Notes under the pieces: model-generated
What the model was told of the DNA's origin: nothing
What the model saw: only the letters and a program-made list of their open reading frames with translations
The model's database searches: none
From: Podarcis bocagei
Taxonomy: Eukaryota
Assembly: GCA_964188305.1 (NCBI GenBank)
Contig: OZ076889.1
Reading direction: 5' to 3' (one strand)
Length of the DNA: 64,000 nucleotides
Shown here: one piece after another, positions 25,831-37,245 of the stretch
Layout of the letters: the number at the start of each line of letters is the position of its first letter
Numbering within the stretch: the first letter of the stretch is position 1
Program-made: the position numbers and the translations under genes

Positions 25831-25911
25831 TAATAATACTGATCATAGTCTGCATTGATTTGCAATGGAAGTTAATAGTTTTAATAGTTATTGGTCTCTG
25901 ACTCAACTCTT

Positions 25912-27131
25912 AAGAATAAGAATAATTTATTTATACCCCGCCCATCTGGCTGGGTTTCCCCAGCCACTCTGGGCGGCTTCCAACAGAGTATTAAAATACA
26001 ATAGTCTATTAAACATTAAAAGCTTCCCTAAACAGGGCTGCCTTCAGATGTCTTCTAAAAGTCTGGTAGTTGTTTTTCTCTTTGACATCTGGTGAGAGGG
26101 CGTTCCACAGAGTGGGTGCCACTACTGAGAAGGCCCTCTGCTTGGTTCCCTGTAACTTGGCTTCTCACAGCGAGGGAACCACCAGAAGGCCCTTGGTGCT
26201 GGTCCTCAGGGTCCAAGCAGAGTGATGGGGGTGGAGATGCTCCTTCAGGTATACTGGACCGAGGCCGTTTAGGGCTTTAAAGGTCAGCACCAACATTTTG
26301 AATTGTGCTCGGAAATGTACTGGGAGCCAGTGTAGGTCTTTCAAGACCGGTGTTATGTGGTCTCAGCGGCCGCTCCCAGTCACCAGTGTAGCTGCTGCAT
26401 TCTGGATTAGTTGTAGTTTTCGGGTCACCTTCAAAGGTAGCCCCACATAGAGCGCATTGCAGTAGTCCAAGCAAGAGATAACTAGAGCATGCACCACTTT
26501 GGCGAGACAGTCCGCGGGCAGGTAGGGTCTCAGCTTGAGTACCAGATGGAGCTGATAAACATCTGCCCTGAACACAGAATTGACCTGTGCCTCCATGGAC
26601 AGCTGTGAGTCCAGAATGACTCCCAGGCTGCGCACCTGGTCTTTCCCCATTCAGTTACCCCATTAAGGACCAGGGAGTCCTCCACACCTGCCCACCTCCT
26701 GTCCCCCCAAAAACAGTACTTCTCTCTTGTCAGGATTCAACCTCAATCTGTTAGCCACCATCCATCTTCCAGCCGCCTCCAGACACTCACACAGGACCTT
26801 CACCGCCTTCACTGGTTCTGATTTGAAAGAGAGGTAGAGCTGGGTATCATCTGCATAATGATGAACACCCAGCCCAAACCCCCTGATGATCTCTCCCAGT
26901 GGCTGCATGTAGATGTTGAAAAGCAAGGGGGAGAGGACAGAACCCTGAGGCACCCCACATGAGAGCCCAGGGGTCTGAACCTCATCCCCCCGACTTTCTG
27001 AACATGGCCTGGGAGGAAGGAGCGGAACCACTGTATAACACTGCCCCCAGCTCCCAGCCCACTAGACGGTCCAGAAGGATGTTATGGTCGATGGTGTCAA
27101 GAGCCGCTGAGAGATCCAGCAGAACTAGGAA
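25912..27131 (-). mobile_element. 5'-truncated L2-clade LINE with frameshifted reverse transcriptase
   Basis: Minus-strand ORF pieces [55 protein letters not shown]; short-repeat 3' tail near 25912-25930. Confidence 0.9.
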
Positions 27132-27303
27132 ACATATATATAAATAGATGTAAACTGCTTTGATATTTTTATGATAATAGCGGTATATAGATATTTTTAA
27201 AAATAAATAAGTAAAACTTTTCAGTTACTCGACTCTCATTTACTGCTACAGAACATAAATAATTGTATCTCTTGTATTCAGGGAATGTCCTATTCGTTAT
27301 AGG

Positions 27304-27421
27304 TCAGCATTCCCCAACCTGATGTATTCCAATGTGTTGGGCTACAATTTTCATCATACTATCCAGGGTTGATGAGAGTTATAACCTAAAGCATTTGTAG
27401 GTTACCAGGTTGGGGAAGATG
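27304..27421. mobile_element. Degenerate hAT MITE
   Basis: CAGCATTCCCCAACCTG / CAGGTTGGGGAAGATG imperfect TIR. Confidence 0.55.
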
Positions 27422-27668
27422 GATCCAAGCCAATAGACAAATGGCTAGTTGTACTTGTGAATTCATAACCCTGAGCAGACTTTTATATAATAGGCTGAGT
27501 AATATGTTGTCCATTCATCTTGATCATAGTCTCCACCTACCCATTGCCAGGATAGGTAGCTGCTATATTGGTGAGCTGACAGTCATTTGTTGATTAAGCC
27601 TAAAAGGAAAGAGGCGCGGAAAAACAAGGTGTAATGGACAGATAAACTTAACACTATGCCCTGTTTCT

Positions 27669-27911
27669 TTTTTTTCTTTTCAAAAGATATTTATTAAAGT
27701 TTTTAAGATATAACAATGAAAATGAAAAATAAAAAAAAACAAAATACAACATAAAAACAGTTAAAAAAACAAATAATTTTCCATAACGTATCTTCCTTAC
27801 GCTTATTTCCCCAGACCTCCTCATACCTCCCTTCTTTGTATTCCACTTCAATTTGTTAGTTCAGCATATCCTTACCATTCAGCTTTTACCCATTTGTAAA
27901 CCTTTTTTTCG
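27669..27911 (-). mobile_element. Poly(A)-tailed retroposon 3' fragment (L1/Tx1-type integration)
   Basis: T-tract at the left end; 17-bp TSD CACTATGCCCTGTTTCT at 27652-27668 and 27912-27928. Confidence 0.8.
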
Positions 27912-28107
27912 CACTATGCCCTGTTTCTACTATAACCTTGCACTCTGTTTAGTTGGAATTTCATGAGGAAGTATGTTTTTGCTCAAAAGTTCAAAAATGA
28001 AACATACACAAGAAGAAGTGTAAAACATGTTACTGTTTATGGGAAGGCAATTTTAAAATCCATGTTTAAAATATGCAATTCTTTGTATCATTTCTCTTCA
28101 ACATCAG

Positions 28108-28981
28108 CTTTGGATGACAAAAGTGAGCAAAGCAATGACGATGAACAAAAAACAATTAAACCCACAAGTAAGGAGTTCAAGAAAACTTGGGGGTTTCGGA
28201 GAACTACAATTGCAAAGCGTGAAGGTTTAGGGGATGCTGAAATGGACATCACCGAACAGTCATCTCCACAGCAGCAAAGTCTGGCTCTTAGGCGTAGTGG
28301 GCGACAGCCCAAACGCACTGAACGGGTAGAAGAATTTCTTACAACTGTAAGGCGCAGAGGAAGAAAGAATCTTCCCACAGCTCTTGAGGACTTGAGCGAG
28401 CCAGCATCCTGCCATGTAACTGACATTGAAACTGCTTCTGAAGGCAGTGTAGAAAGCATGTCAGATGTAAAAGCCATGTCTCAGAAGTGTCACTCCAAGG
28501 ACATTAAGGGCCAGCCAGCTGGGAAAGGGAGAGCCACTAAAGAACATGACTATGAGGAAAGGGAGGATGATTCATCTGACAGTGATAGTGATGGCTTAAC
28601 ACTGAAAGAGCTACAGAACCGTCTAAGAAAGAAATGTGTCGAGCAGAAACCTACAGAACTAACTCTGAAAGAGTTACAGAATCGCCTCAGGAAAAAACAT
28701 CAAGAACAAAATCCTACAGAGACAGTTGATGTTCAAGCAGGCAACCAAATTAAGACCGAAATAGCTGTAAAGCAAGAACCAGAAAGTATAGGCAATACCA
28801 AGGCTGGAGATCAAGGAACAGTTCCCAAAGAAATGAGTGAAGCAGTTCAGGTTAAGAAAGAAGGAAGATCTCCTGCGCATACTGGGGATGAACCTGAAGA
28901 ATCCAAAAAGAGGAAATCAGAGTCTGAAGTTTATGATCCTAGTACTCTGTACTGTATCTGTCAGCAGCCTCACAACAACAG
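28108..28981 (+). CDS. DIDO1: DIDO1 exon equivalent to the mammalian first coding exon (NLS region, start of PHD finger)
   Basis: (A)LDDK...IKPTSKEFKKTWGFRRTTIAKREG...LRRSGRQPKRTERVEEFL...YDPSTLYCICQQPHNN(R); CAG at 28107, donor AG|GTATT. Confidence 0.95.
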
Positions 28982-29178
28982 GTATTACCTACTTATTTAT
29001 TTCATGAAATTTATACACCGCTTGATTGTAAAAAAAACAACCCCTCAAAGTGGTTTAAAAAAGATAAATGAGGAAAATCAAGAAAAATTCACGCCCATAC
29101 TTTATAATATACAGAAGTTAAAATAGTTTTTCACAAACTCCCCTGCACCCCGCCACCAAATAGTTTCTAAAATAGCTA

Positions 29179-29395
29179 CAGTGGTACCTCTGGTTATGAA
29201 CTTAATTCATTCTGGAGGTCCATTCTTAACCGAAAACCATTCTTAACCTGAGGTACCACTTTAGCTAATGGGGCCTGCCGTGCCGCCGGCACGTGATTTC
29301 TGTTCTCATCCTGAGGTAAAGTTCTTAACCTGAGGTACCACTTCTGGGTTAGCAGAGTTTGTAACCTGAAGTGTTTGTAACCCGAGGTACCACTG
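29179..29395. mobile_element. Tc1/mariner-type MITE, inverted relative of 10740-10956
   Basis: TIR CAGTGGTACCTC / GAGGTACCACTG, TA TSD. Confidence 0.88.
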
Positions 29396-29793
29396 TATAG
29401 TAGTTGGATAAAATCTTTAAACATGAAATAGACAGTTTTGAAATTTCTGCTCTTAAGAGACAGTCTATTATGTACAAGAACTTTTTATAGAGGTTTGAAA
29501 GTTTTGAGTGATAGAGGGATAGTTGTTGAATGCAGTTGAGAGAGCATGTATATGGAACTTTCAAACAACAATTTAATTTTGTGTTGCTATGAATGCACAA
29601 TTTAAAATACATCTGCTGTGCTACCACATGGCCCTTCACATACATCTACCACTGTTATTCAGTCCCAGTAGTCTGAGGTACAGAAGTTCTAATTTAGGGT
29701 GGAAGCGTTCATATGGTCTAATCAGTCAAGAGGGAAGTAGTACTCTGAATTTTCAGGAAGGGGAAATGCAGTTTTGGGAAGGCTTGTTATAGG

Positions 29794-30035
29794 ATCATGG
29801 AATCGTAGAGTTGGAAGGGACCCGGAGAGTCATGTGGTCCAACCCCCTGCAATGCAGGAATCTCAGATAAAGCAACCATGACAGATAGCCATCCAACCTC
29901 TGCTTAAAAACCTCCAAGGAAGGAGAGTCCACAACCTCCCGAGGGAGCCTGTTCCACTGTTGAACAGCCCTTAACATCAGAAAGCTTTTCCATAAGTTTA
30001 GTCAGAATCTCCTTTCTTGTAACTTGAAGCCACTG
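29794..30035 (-). mobile_element. CR1 LINE 3' fragment
   Basis: ORF2 C-terminus RAVQQWNRLPREVVDSPSLEVFKQRLD and GTCCCTTCCAACTCTACGATTC tail. Confidence 0.9.
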
Positions 30036-30369
30036 TTGTTCCTGAGTAGTCTGTAGGAATGCAAAGGTGACAAAGAAAGACAATTGTATATGGGTTTAGC
30101 AAAGCAGTGGGAGTCATGTAGGGGTGAAGGCAGTGTTAAATTGCAGCATTTACTGAGACATTTGGGCGTTTAATTATGTAAAGAAAAGAGTTAAATGGGA
30201 TAACGAATAAGCTTTTGTCTGATTTCATATAGATGTGGGATCTTTTTTATTTACTGTTGTGGTGGTGATATAACAAATTTTATTGGCTGTATTTGATTGT
30301 AATCAGATTTTGTAAAACTGAAGTATTTCACATTAATGATATATTTTTGCCAACCCTTTCCTTTTTTAG

Positions 30370-30688
30370 GTTTATGATTTGTTGTGATAGATGTGAGGAA
30401 TGGTTTCATGGAAACTGCGTAGGGATTTCAGAGGCTCGTGGGCGACTCTTGGAAAGGAATGGGGAGGACTATATCTGCCCAAATTGCACCATTCTGCAGG
30501 TGCATGATGAGACAGTTATGGATGCAGACCAACAACAAACCATGTTGGGACAGGTAACAGGTGATGGCACAGAGCTTACAAGCATAGGAACTGTTGAGCA
30601 AAAGTCCATTGAAGACCAAGGAATCAAGGGACGGATTGAAAAGGCTGCAAATCCCAGTGGAAAGAAAAAGCTCAAAATATTTCAACCA
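30370..30688 (+). CDS. DIDO1: DIDO1 exon (PHD finger)
   Basis: FMICCDRCEEWFHGNCVGISEARGRLLERNGEDYICPNC...KKKLKIFQP; canonical AG and GTGAGT. Confidence 0.96.
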
Positions 30689-31495
30689 GTGAGTATTTAA
30701 TTTGTAGTGACATGAGGCTAAGTGTGTTTCTAGTGCAACTGTTCTGGTTCAGAACTGAAGTGAAAGAAAAAGTCACCCTAGGTATAATTAAATTTTGTAT
30801 TTTTTGTATGTTAGTTATGGTATTAAGCAAATACACTACTTAGATATAGGTAATTCATTATACTTAGTGAATCAGAATACTAATATATTTTAGAAGAGGA
30901 AATGGGGAAGTATTGCTCATTCTTAGCTACTTTGGTTGCATCTGCATGCTTTTCTGTCATTCTGTCTTAGTTCTTCCTTGCTATAGGGCTATAACTGGAT
31001 GTTTGTTTGTTTAAATGTTACCAAGTTTCTTAGACATTACATTAACAAAATGCTTTCTCCTTTCTCTCTATTTCCTACCCCCTAAGTATCTCCTTCCACA
31101 ATTGTCCTATTTATCCTGTATACAAAGAAGGAAAAGGTGGGGTGAGGGAACAACATATTCGTATGGAATAGTTATAGCACACACACCCTGCTGCATGAAT
31201 ATCAATTTAAGATATGGAAGAGCTATCCATAACCATAATTTCTTTTTGTCTTGTGCTTCAGTTATTTTAAAAATAGGGAACAGATTATTATGAAAGCCTC
31301 TGCTCATTTCTGAATCTCAGAAGTTGCTAATTGCTTCCTAGGTTTCTGTATATCAGGAATAGGAAGTCTTTGACCCTGCAAATGTTAGTCTGCAATTCCC
31401 ATCATCCCTAACTATTGGCTATTTTGGCTAGGTTTGATGGAAGTTGGAGTCCAAGAATATTTGGAGGATCAAGCTCCATGCCTATCAAGGCTATA

Positions 31496-31705
31496 CAGTG
31501 GACCCTCCGGATATGAACTTAATTCATCAAGGGGGTCTGTACTCACCCCGAAAAGTCCATATCCGGTGGCGCCGCTTATGCGCATGCACACGGCGCAGTA
31601 GAGCACTTCTGTGCGGTGAAACCTGGAAGTATACACTTCCGGGTTTGCCACGTTTGTAACTCGAAATTACATCACCCGACGGTAATATAACCTAAGGTAC
31701 CACTG
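31496..31705. mobile_element. Tc1/mariner-type MITE
   Basis: CAGTGGACCCTC ... AAGGTACCACTG with TA flanks. Confidence 0.75.
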
Positions 31706-32914
31706 TACATGATTTCAATTTCTGTTGTTAATTTTGTTGTAGAGTTGATTAGATGTTACTAGAGAGTTCTGGCATTTTTATTGCAATGTGCCATAATCTA
31801 AATCCTTTTTCTGTTGGTCTTGCCTGAAAAGGCCCAAATCTACTTTCACTTTATAAAATAAGTAAGATTTATAAAAATAATCCGCATAACTGTTGGGAGA
31901 TGAATTATTAAAGCAGATCCTTCCTCCACACATTTGATGATAAACCAGATGACAGCACCAGATTCTGGAGGCAAATTATTATAGTAGACAAATTATGCAA
32001 ATTTCACTTAATCTTATACTATACGTGATCTATAACTCCATGAGTAGAACTTACCATGAACTAATATGGAATTTGCTAATCCCTAGTTTCTAGTAAAAAC
32101 ATAATTCAAGACATACCTATTCTGGAATAGATTATCAAAGTGTGGAACATACCATAAATTGGGGTGGAGGAAACAGAACAGAGTTGAGAGATGGGAGACC
32201 AACCAAAGAGTATTTAGAAAGTGAGGAATGGAGTACAGGGGGATGCAAAGGGAAGGAGAAATGTCCCAAATCAAATGAGATGTCTGCATTTCAGATTATC
32301 TCTTTACTTTCCCTACACTCATTCCGATGAGGTTCAGGCGAGGGCCCCAGTCTTCCAGGGAGCCTTGGTGGGGGGAGAGAAAGGGTGGAAAGCATTCTTT
32401 CTGTGAACTCCTTTCATTCACTTATGAATTCACACTGATTAGTCTAGATAACAGCTCACCTTTACGTGGGAGGAATCCTCCCAGAAGGCAAAAAGTAGAT
32501 TCCACATCCCCACTGGCCTTGCTCGTAGAGGTTGTCACTGTGTCAGAACTTAACGTTACCCTACTTAGTCAAGTAGACTTGACTACTTCTAAAAAAACAA
32601 AAACCCAATTCTAGAAATCTTTTTAGAATGTACATCCAAACATACATGCAGAAACTTTGAGTAAGAAAAACACGTATAGATTGCAAAATGTAGACAGTCT
32701 TTAGCACATGAGCACATATCAAAAAGATAGAAACAGATGAAAAATAGAAGAGCAAACCACCATTAAGAAAAGCAATTCTTTAAAATATATCTGAGCCTTG
32801 TCAAAGTGCATGTAAGACAGCTCTGTTTTTAGCATTGTTGTGCCAAAATCTTGCCAGTGATAAAGAGGTTAAACATTTTTCTTTTCTCTTTAAATTTCTT
32901 GTGCTGTTCCTCAG

Positions 32915-33121
32915 GTAGTTGAAGAGCCTGCAGCAGCCAGTTGCATTGGCCCAGGGTGTTCTAATGTTGCTCAGTCAGGTTCTGTGTACTGTGGTCATGA
33001 ATGCATTCTCAAACATGCTGCAGCCACCATGAAGTTTCTAAGTGAAGGCAAAGAGCAAAAGCCAAAAGAGAAGACCAAACCAAAAGTTGAACGAGCTGTT
33101 GCCATAAAACCTCAGCCTATG
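32915..33121 (+). CDS. DIDO1: DIDO1 exon (Cys/His-rich motif)
   Basis: VVEEPAAASCIGPGCSNVAQSGSVYCGHECILKHAAATMKFL...; 207 nt, phase 0/0; GTAAGT donor. Confidence 0.93.
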
Positions 33122-33493
33122 GTAAGTTTGAATTGTTTTTGAAGTAAATAGCCCTTCCCACACCACACACAGAGGGAGATCTTGGAGGAACAGACATTTT
33201 GTAAAATAGAAAAAAAATCATTTGCATGGTAAAAGATCCAGATTTTTCATCAAGTTATTTTGAGTGCTCCCTTCATGAGATCTCATCATTCTATCTAACT
33301 AAGAACATAATATCTTTGCTGGATCAGAACAAATGCCTATCTAGTCCACCATCCTGTTCCCTCTGTGACTTATGAGAAATGCACAAGCAGGGCATTTCCA
33401 CTGTTGTTTACCTTAGTATGGTAATTAATTTTCTTCTTGTAGTAAATAACCATTGATAGCCTTATACTCAAGAAATTTAACTAATTCCCATTT

Positions 33494-33590
33494 AATAATA
33501 ATAATAACAATAATTTATTATTTATACCCCGCCCATCTGGCTGAGTTTCCCCAGCCACTCTGGGCGGCTCCCAATCAGTGTTAAAAACAG
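33494..33590 (-). mobile_element. L2 LINE 3' end fragment
   Basis: (AAT)n then TATACCCCGCCCATCTGGCTG...CCAGCCACTCTGGGCGGCT, nearly the same as 25930-25980. Confidence 0.8.
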
Positions 33591-34690
33591 TACAACATTT
33601 AAAGCAGTCCATGTTGGTTATTATCATACTTCGATGATTTTATACTGTGTGAAGAAGTATTTCCTTTTGTTTGTCCTGAATCTTCTATCCATTTAGCTAA
33701 TTTGAATGATCACAACTTCTGGTGTTGTAAGGGGGGGATCACATTTTCCATCCTAAATCCCACCACCACTGTTCCTGTGAGAGCAGCATTATCATATATA
33801 TGTCTGCTTTCCTTTGCAGAATCATTAAAAGAACTGCTGTCTCCCCTAAGAATATGCTGTTTTATAACACTAGTTACAAAGCAATCTACAACTTAGATTG
33901 TTAGCCACATTAAGACCAGAGGGTATCAAAAAAAGCAAAACTCTAACATTCCTTGAAAAAGACATTTGATATGCCGCTGGCACACACAGGTTCAGAATTG
34001 CAGATTAGTGCCCCATTTGATCTCATTAAGCTGATGCAGTTCTCATAATGGCCTCATACAGAGGTTCTTGCTTATAAAAGCATACATGAGAACAGGGATC
34101 AACACACTAAGCTGTGCCTCACTGTTGCTCACCAACTCATGGAGAGCAAAGATCTACGTTTTTAATGGTCCTAGCAATAGCATAGCAATTTATTGCAGAA
34201 TAGAGAATGATTTTGAAAACATTTGCCCTGTGCAGTCACTTGATCATGAGTGCACTAAACTCAATCTCTTCCCTGTCCCCTGCTGTCACCCACCAGTTCA
34301 GGGAAGCGAAACCGCTGAAGTGGGGAACTTCTTGTACTCATGGAGGCTCCCCAAAAAAATTAGAACCACGGTTAGGCGCAGGTTGTTCTTTGCTTCAGAT
34401 CCTTTGCACCCATGTTAATCCATGGGTTGGTGGAACATCAGCTACAAACATGTGCTCAACCACCCATTGTGATCTGCATTCACTTTGCTATAGTTGTGTA
34501 TTGTGCATACTATTGATTCCAAGCCAGGGTTATAGTTTCTGGAGGTGACATGCAGAGAAATATAATATGGAATTTTGTTGTATGAGATGTTTGCAAGTTC
34601 TCTAATACATAACGAACTGACCTCTACTCCTGTGTTATGATGACTGTATTATTGCAATACTTAGTGATTAAGGTTCTGCTGGTTACACAG

Positions 34691-34916
34691 GCCGGTATCA
34701 AACCTCTCTCCGCACAGAAGAGACCAGCTCCTGAAAAAAGAGAGATTATCATGAAGAAAACCGTGGCAGCACCCGTAAAGACCGAAGCAAATACTCAGAC
34801 AGTTGCTAAAGAGCCAGCTTCAGAAAGCAGCACACCATCCTGGGCAAGCGATCATAATTATAATGCAGTAAAGCCAGAAAAGACTCCTGCCATTTCATCA
34901 TCACTGTTGTTCAAAT
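34691..34916 (+). CDS. DIDO1: DIDO1 exon (dPHD-adjacent SWASDHNYNAVKPEK motif); read-through to 35056 may give the short isoform
   Basis: AGIKPLS...STPSWASDHNYNAVKPEKT...LLFK; donor AAT|GTATGT, phase 1. Confidence 0.92.
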
Positions 34917-37064
34917 GTATGTATTTCATAGGGATATACCTCTGCAATCATTACACTTTCCTTGAGTACCTTTCAACTTTTGACCCTGTTAAATTAGAAA
35001 GGGGTTTTAATTACGGTCTTTTCCCATCTTCAAAGATTTGCACACATACCTCTTAGGGAGAGTTTCAAGGCTCATATATAGAAACGACAACTTGGGGTTT
35101 TCTCTCAGGTTGTATAAAATGGCACTTAAGCGTATACTTGCAGGTTAACAAACCCATTATTTTTCATAGATGATAGGTATGTTCTAATAGAAGGTAGGTA
35201 ATGATAAACATTTATTTGTTTCCTAAGTTTATATAATGTACAGAGTAACTGTTTCGTTCACTTTCATTTAAGTCCCTATCTGCCTTTGCATTATGACTTA
35301 GGAATGTTAGGTCTACAAGGTTTCTGAATGATTCAGATGGATAATTTACATGCACACACAACCACACAACTTTTAGGTATTAATTTTGGGGAGTTTTGGG
35401 AGAGGCTGATCCTCCTTCCAAGAATGTGACTTACATGAAATCATGTCAAGACCCATCTTAAACCATAGGGATTTTTATCTATGAAAGGTATGTGTCAGAG
35501 GCATTCGTCAAGGTAGAACAATAGGAAGAGAGTTCTCACCTTGAATGTCACAACTTTAAAGTATTTGAAGAACATTTTTGGCAACGTTTAGCTTATAAAG
35601 GTAAGTAAGTTAGCGCTTTGCAATGTAAAAATGATTGTTCTCTTAGGCCTGTTTTACTTCCTTCATTTAAACAGTGTTGCAGGGGTTTTTTTATTGCATG
35701 GCAAAAGGTAAAGGACTTAATGCTCAAATGTGTCAGACATATTTGTAATCCCCGATATAAGGCTCTGCATCAGTAACAGTAGAAAAAGACAAAACTCTTA
35801 GGTCTGCTACTAAAATAACAGTCTCTAAATGTTTGCTTGATTTCCACTGGAAGATGGCTTTGGTGAAACCCTGAAAGAATGGAGTTCCAGGGCTTGAGGA
35901 GAAGCCACCTTTCATTTCGGCCTGCTTTCATTTTGGGGGGTTTGACCAACAAAGTAATGCCTTTTGCTTGTCAGTGGCAGCCAAGAGCAGGAGGACTTGG
36001 TATCTAAGGCATGTAGGATTCAGACACCTTTATTTAAAACCTCCCGTGGGTTTGTTTCTCCTTGTCACTTTCATTAACCCAGCCCAGCCTTTCAACGAAA
36101 TCTACGAAGCTTGCTAGTCCACCTGCCTGCACATAGCCCTATGGGTCACTTCTGGCACAACAGTCTGAAAGAGCCAGTTATCTTCCAGCTTACTAAAGCT
36201 TCCTTACCTAGTCACTTCAAGGCTACTTTGCCAGGCAAGTGGCTATTGAGAAGCCTAATCTCAGCAATGTCTATATCAATTGTACATTAACTGGTACATT
36301 AACAAAATGTGAGCATTTTTGTGAAATGCCATAACTAGCGGGGAAATTTAGAGTTGGAACTATCTTTTTGTCGTTGCTGTTATGCTTGAAAATGGACATA
36401 TTCATTTAGTTTGCATTTAGTGAAGAGCTTTCACCATCTCTAGAAGCTACTCCCACTTCAAGGTAAGTTCTATGAATGTCTTCAAGTTATTTGTATCACT
36501 GCTAAACTACCAAATATAAATTCATTCATTGAAACGACTCCTTTCTCTTTCAGTGGTGGAGGTTATCCAGGAGTGGTTACTCCTCCCCCTTTCTTGGGAG
36601 GCAGTGTTATACAAGATTTGTATCTGTAGACTGATTAGTCCTGGCACTATGTGGGGTTGGGCATGTACAGAAGTCTTATTGATCATCACCTGATGGAGTA
36701 GATCTGGATCTCACATACATTACATGAAACTTCATTCATTTCCTTTCTGATCTCTGAAAAACACACTATTATGGTAGACAGCAATAAGCTCTACAGCATT
36801 AGAGACATGGCACCCTACTATGCTCCATCTACTCTTGCATGTCTTTGCACTCCTCAGAAATATCTAAAGTACTTATGGCCGACCCCATGCTGATTGGATG
36901 CTCGCTGCACTGTAGTGCCTGGTCGTGAGTGTTCATTTTCCCGAAAAATGACCTTAAAAACATCATCACACTCTTAAATTAGATGTTAGTAAAGGGAACT
37001 TCTTAGATAACTGCACTAGTTTCCTTTCATAATAGCTATAAGTTACTCTAGAGTTACTTTAGAG

Positions 37065-37245
37065 CAGAGGTTCCCAAACTGGTCTGCAGGCTTCATTGAA
37101 GTGGTCCATGACATGTCTCCAACAATACAGTCTAGCACAGTGCATCACAGTCACTACAACAGAGAAATCATTAAGTAGTCCTCCAAGACCCTCAGTAATT
37201 TTCAGGTGGTTTGTGTCTGTGTGGGGGGGATTTGGGGAAATGCTG
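37065..37245. mobile_element. Old hAT (Charlie-like) MITE
   Basis: CAGAGGTTCCCAAA ... TTTGGGGAAATGCTG; TSD CTTTAGAG / CTCTAGAG (7 of 8). Confidence 0.65.

Noticed and set aside
26277-27031. Reverse transcriptase ORFs as an active or domesticated gene
   Set aside because: Frameshifted, 5'-truncated L2 LINE
27963-28107. ATG at 27963 as the DIDO1 start (387-aa ORF)
   Set aside because: AT-rich intron-like sequence ending in a clear acceptor at 28107; the spliced upstream exons explain the frame better
36421-36462. 42-nt plus-strand exon-like unit (TTTAG...AAG|GTAAGT)
   Set aside because: Introduces an in-frame TAG in the DIDO1 frame; could be a poison exon but has no further support
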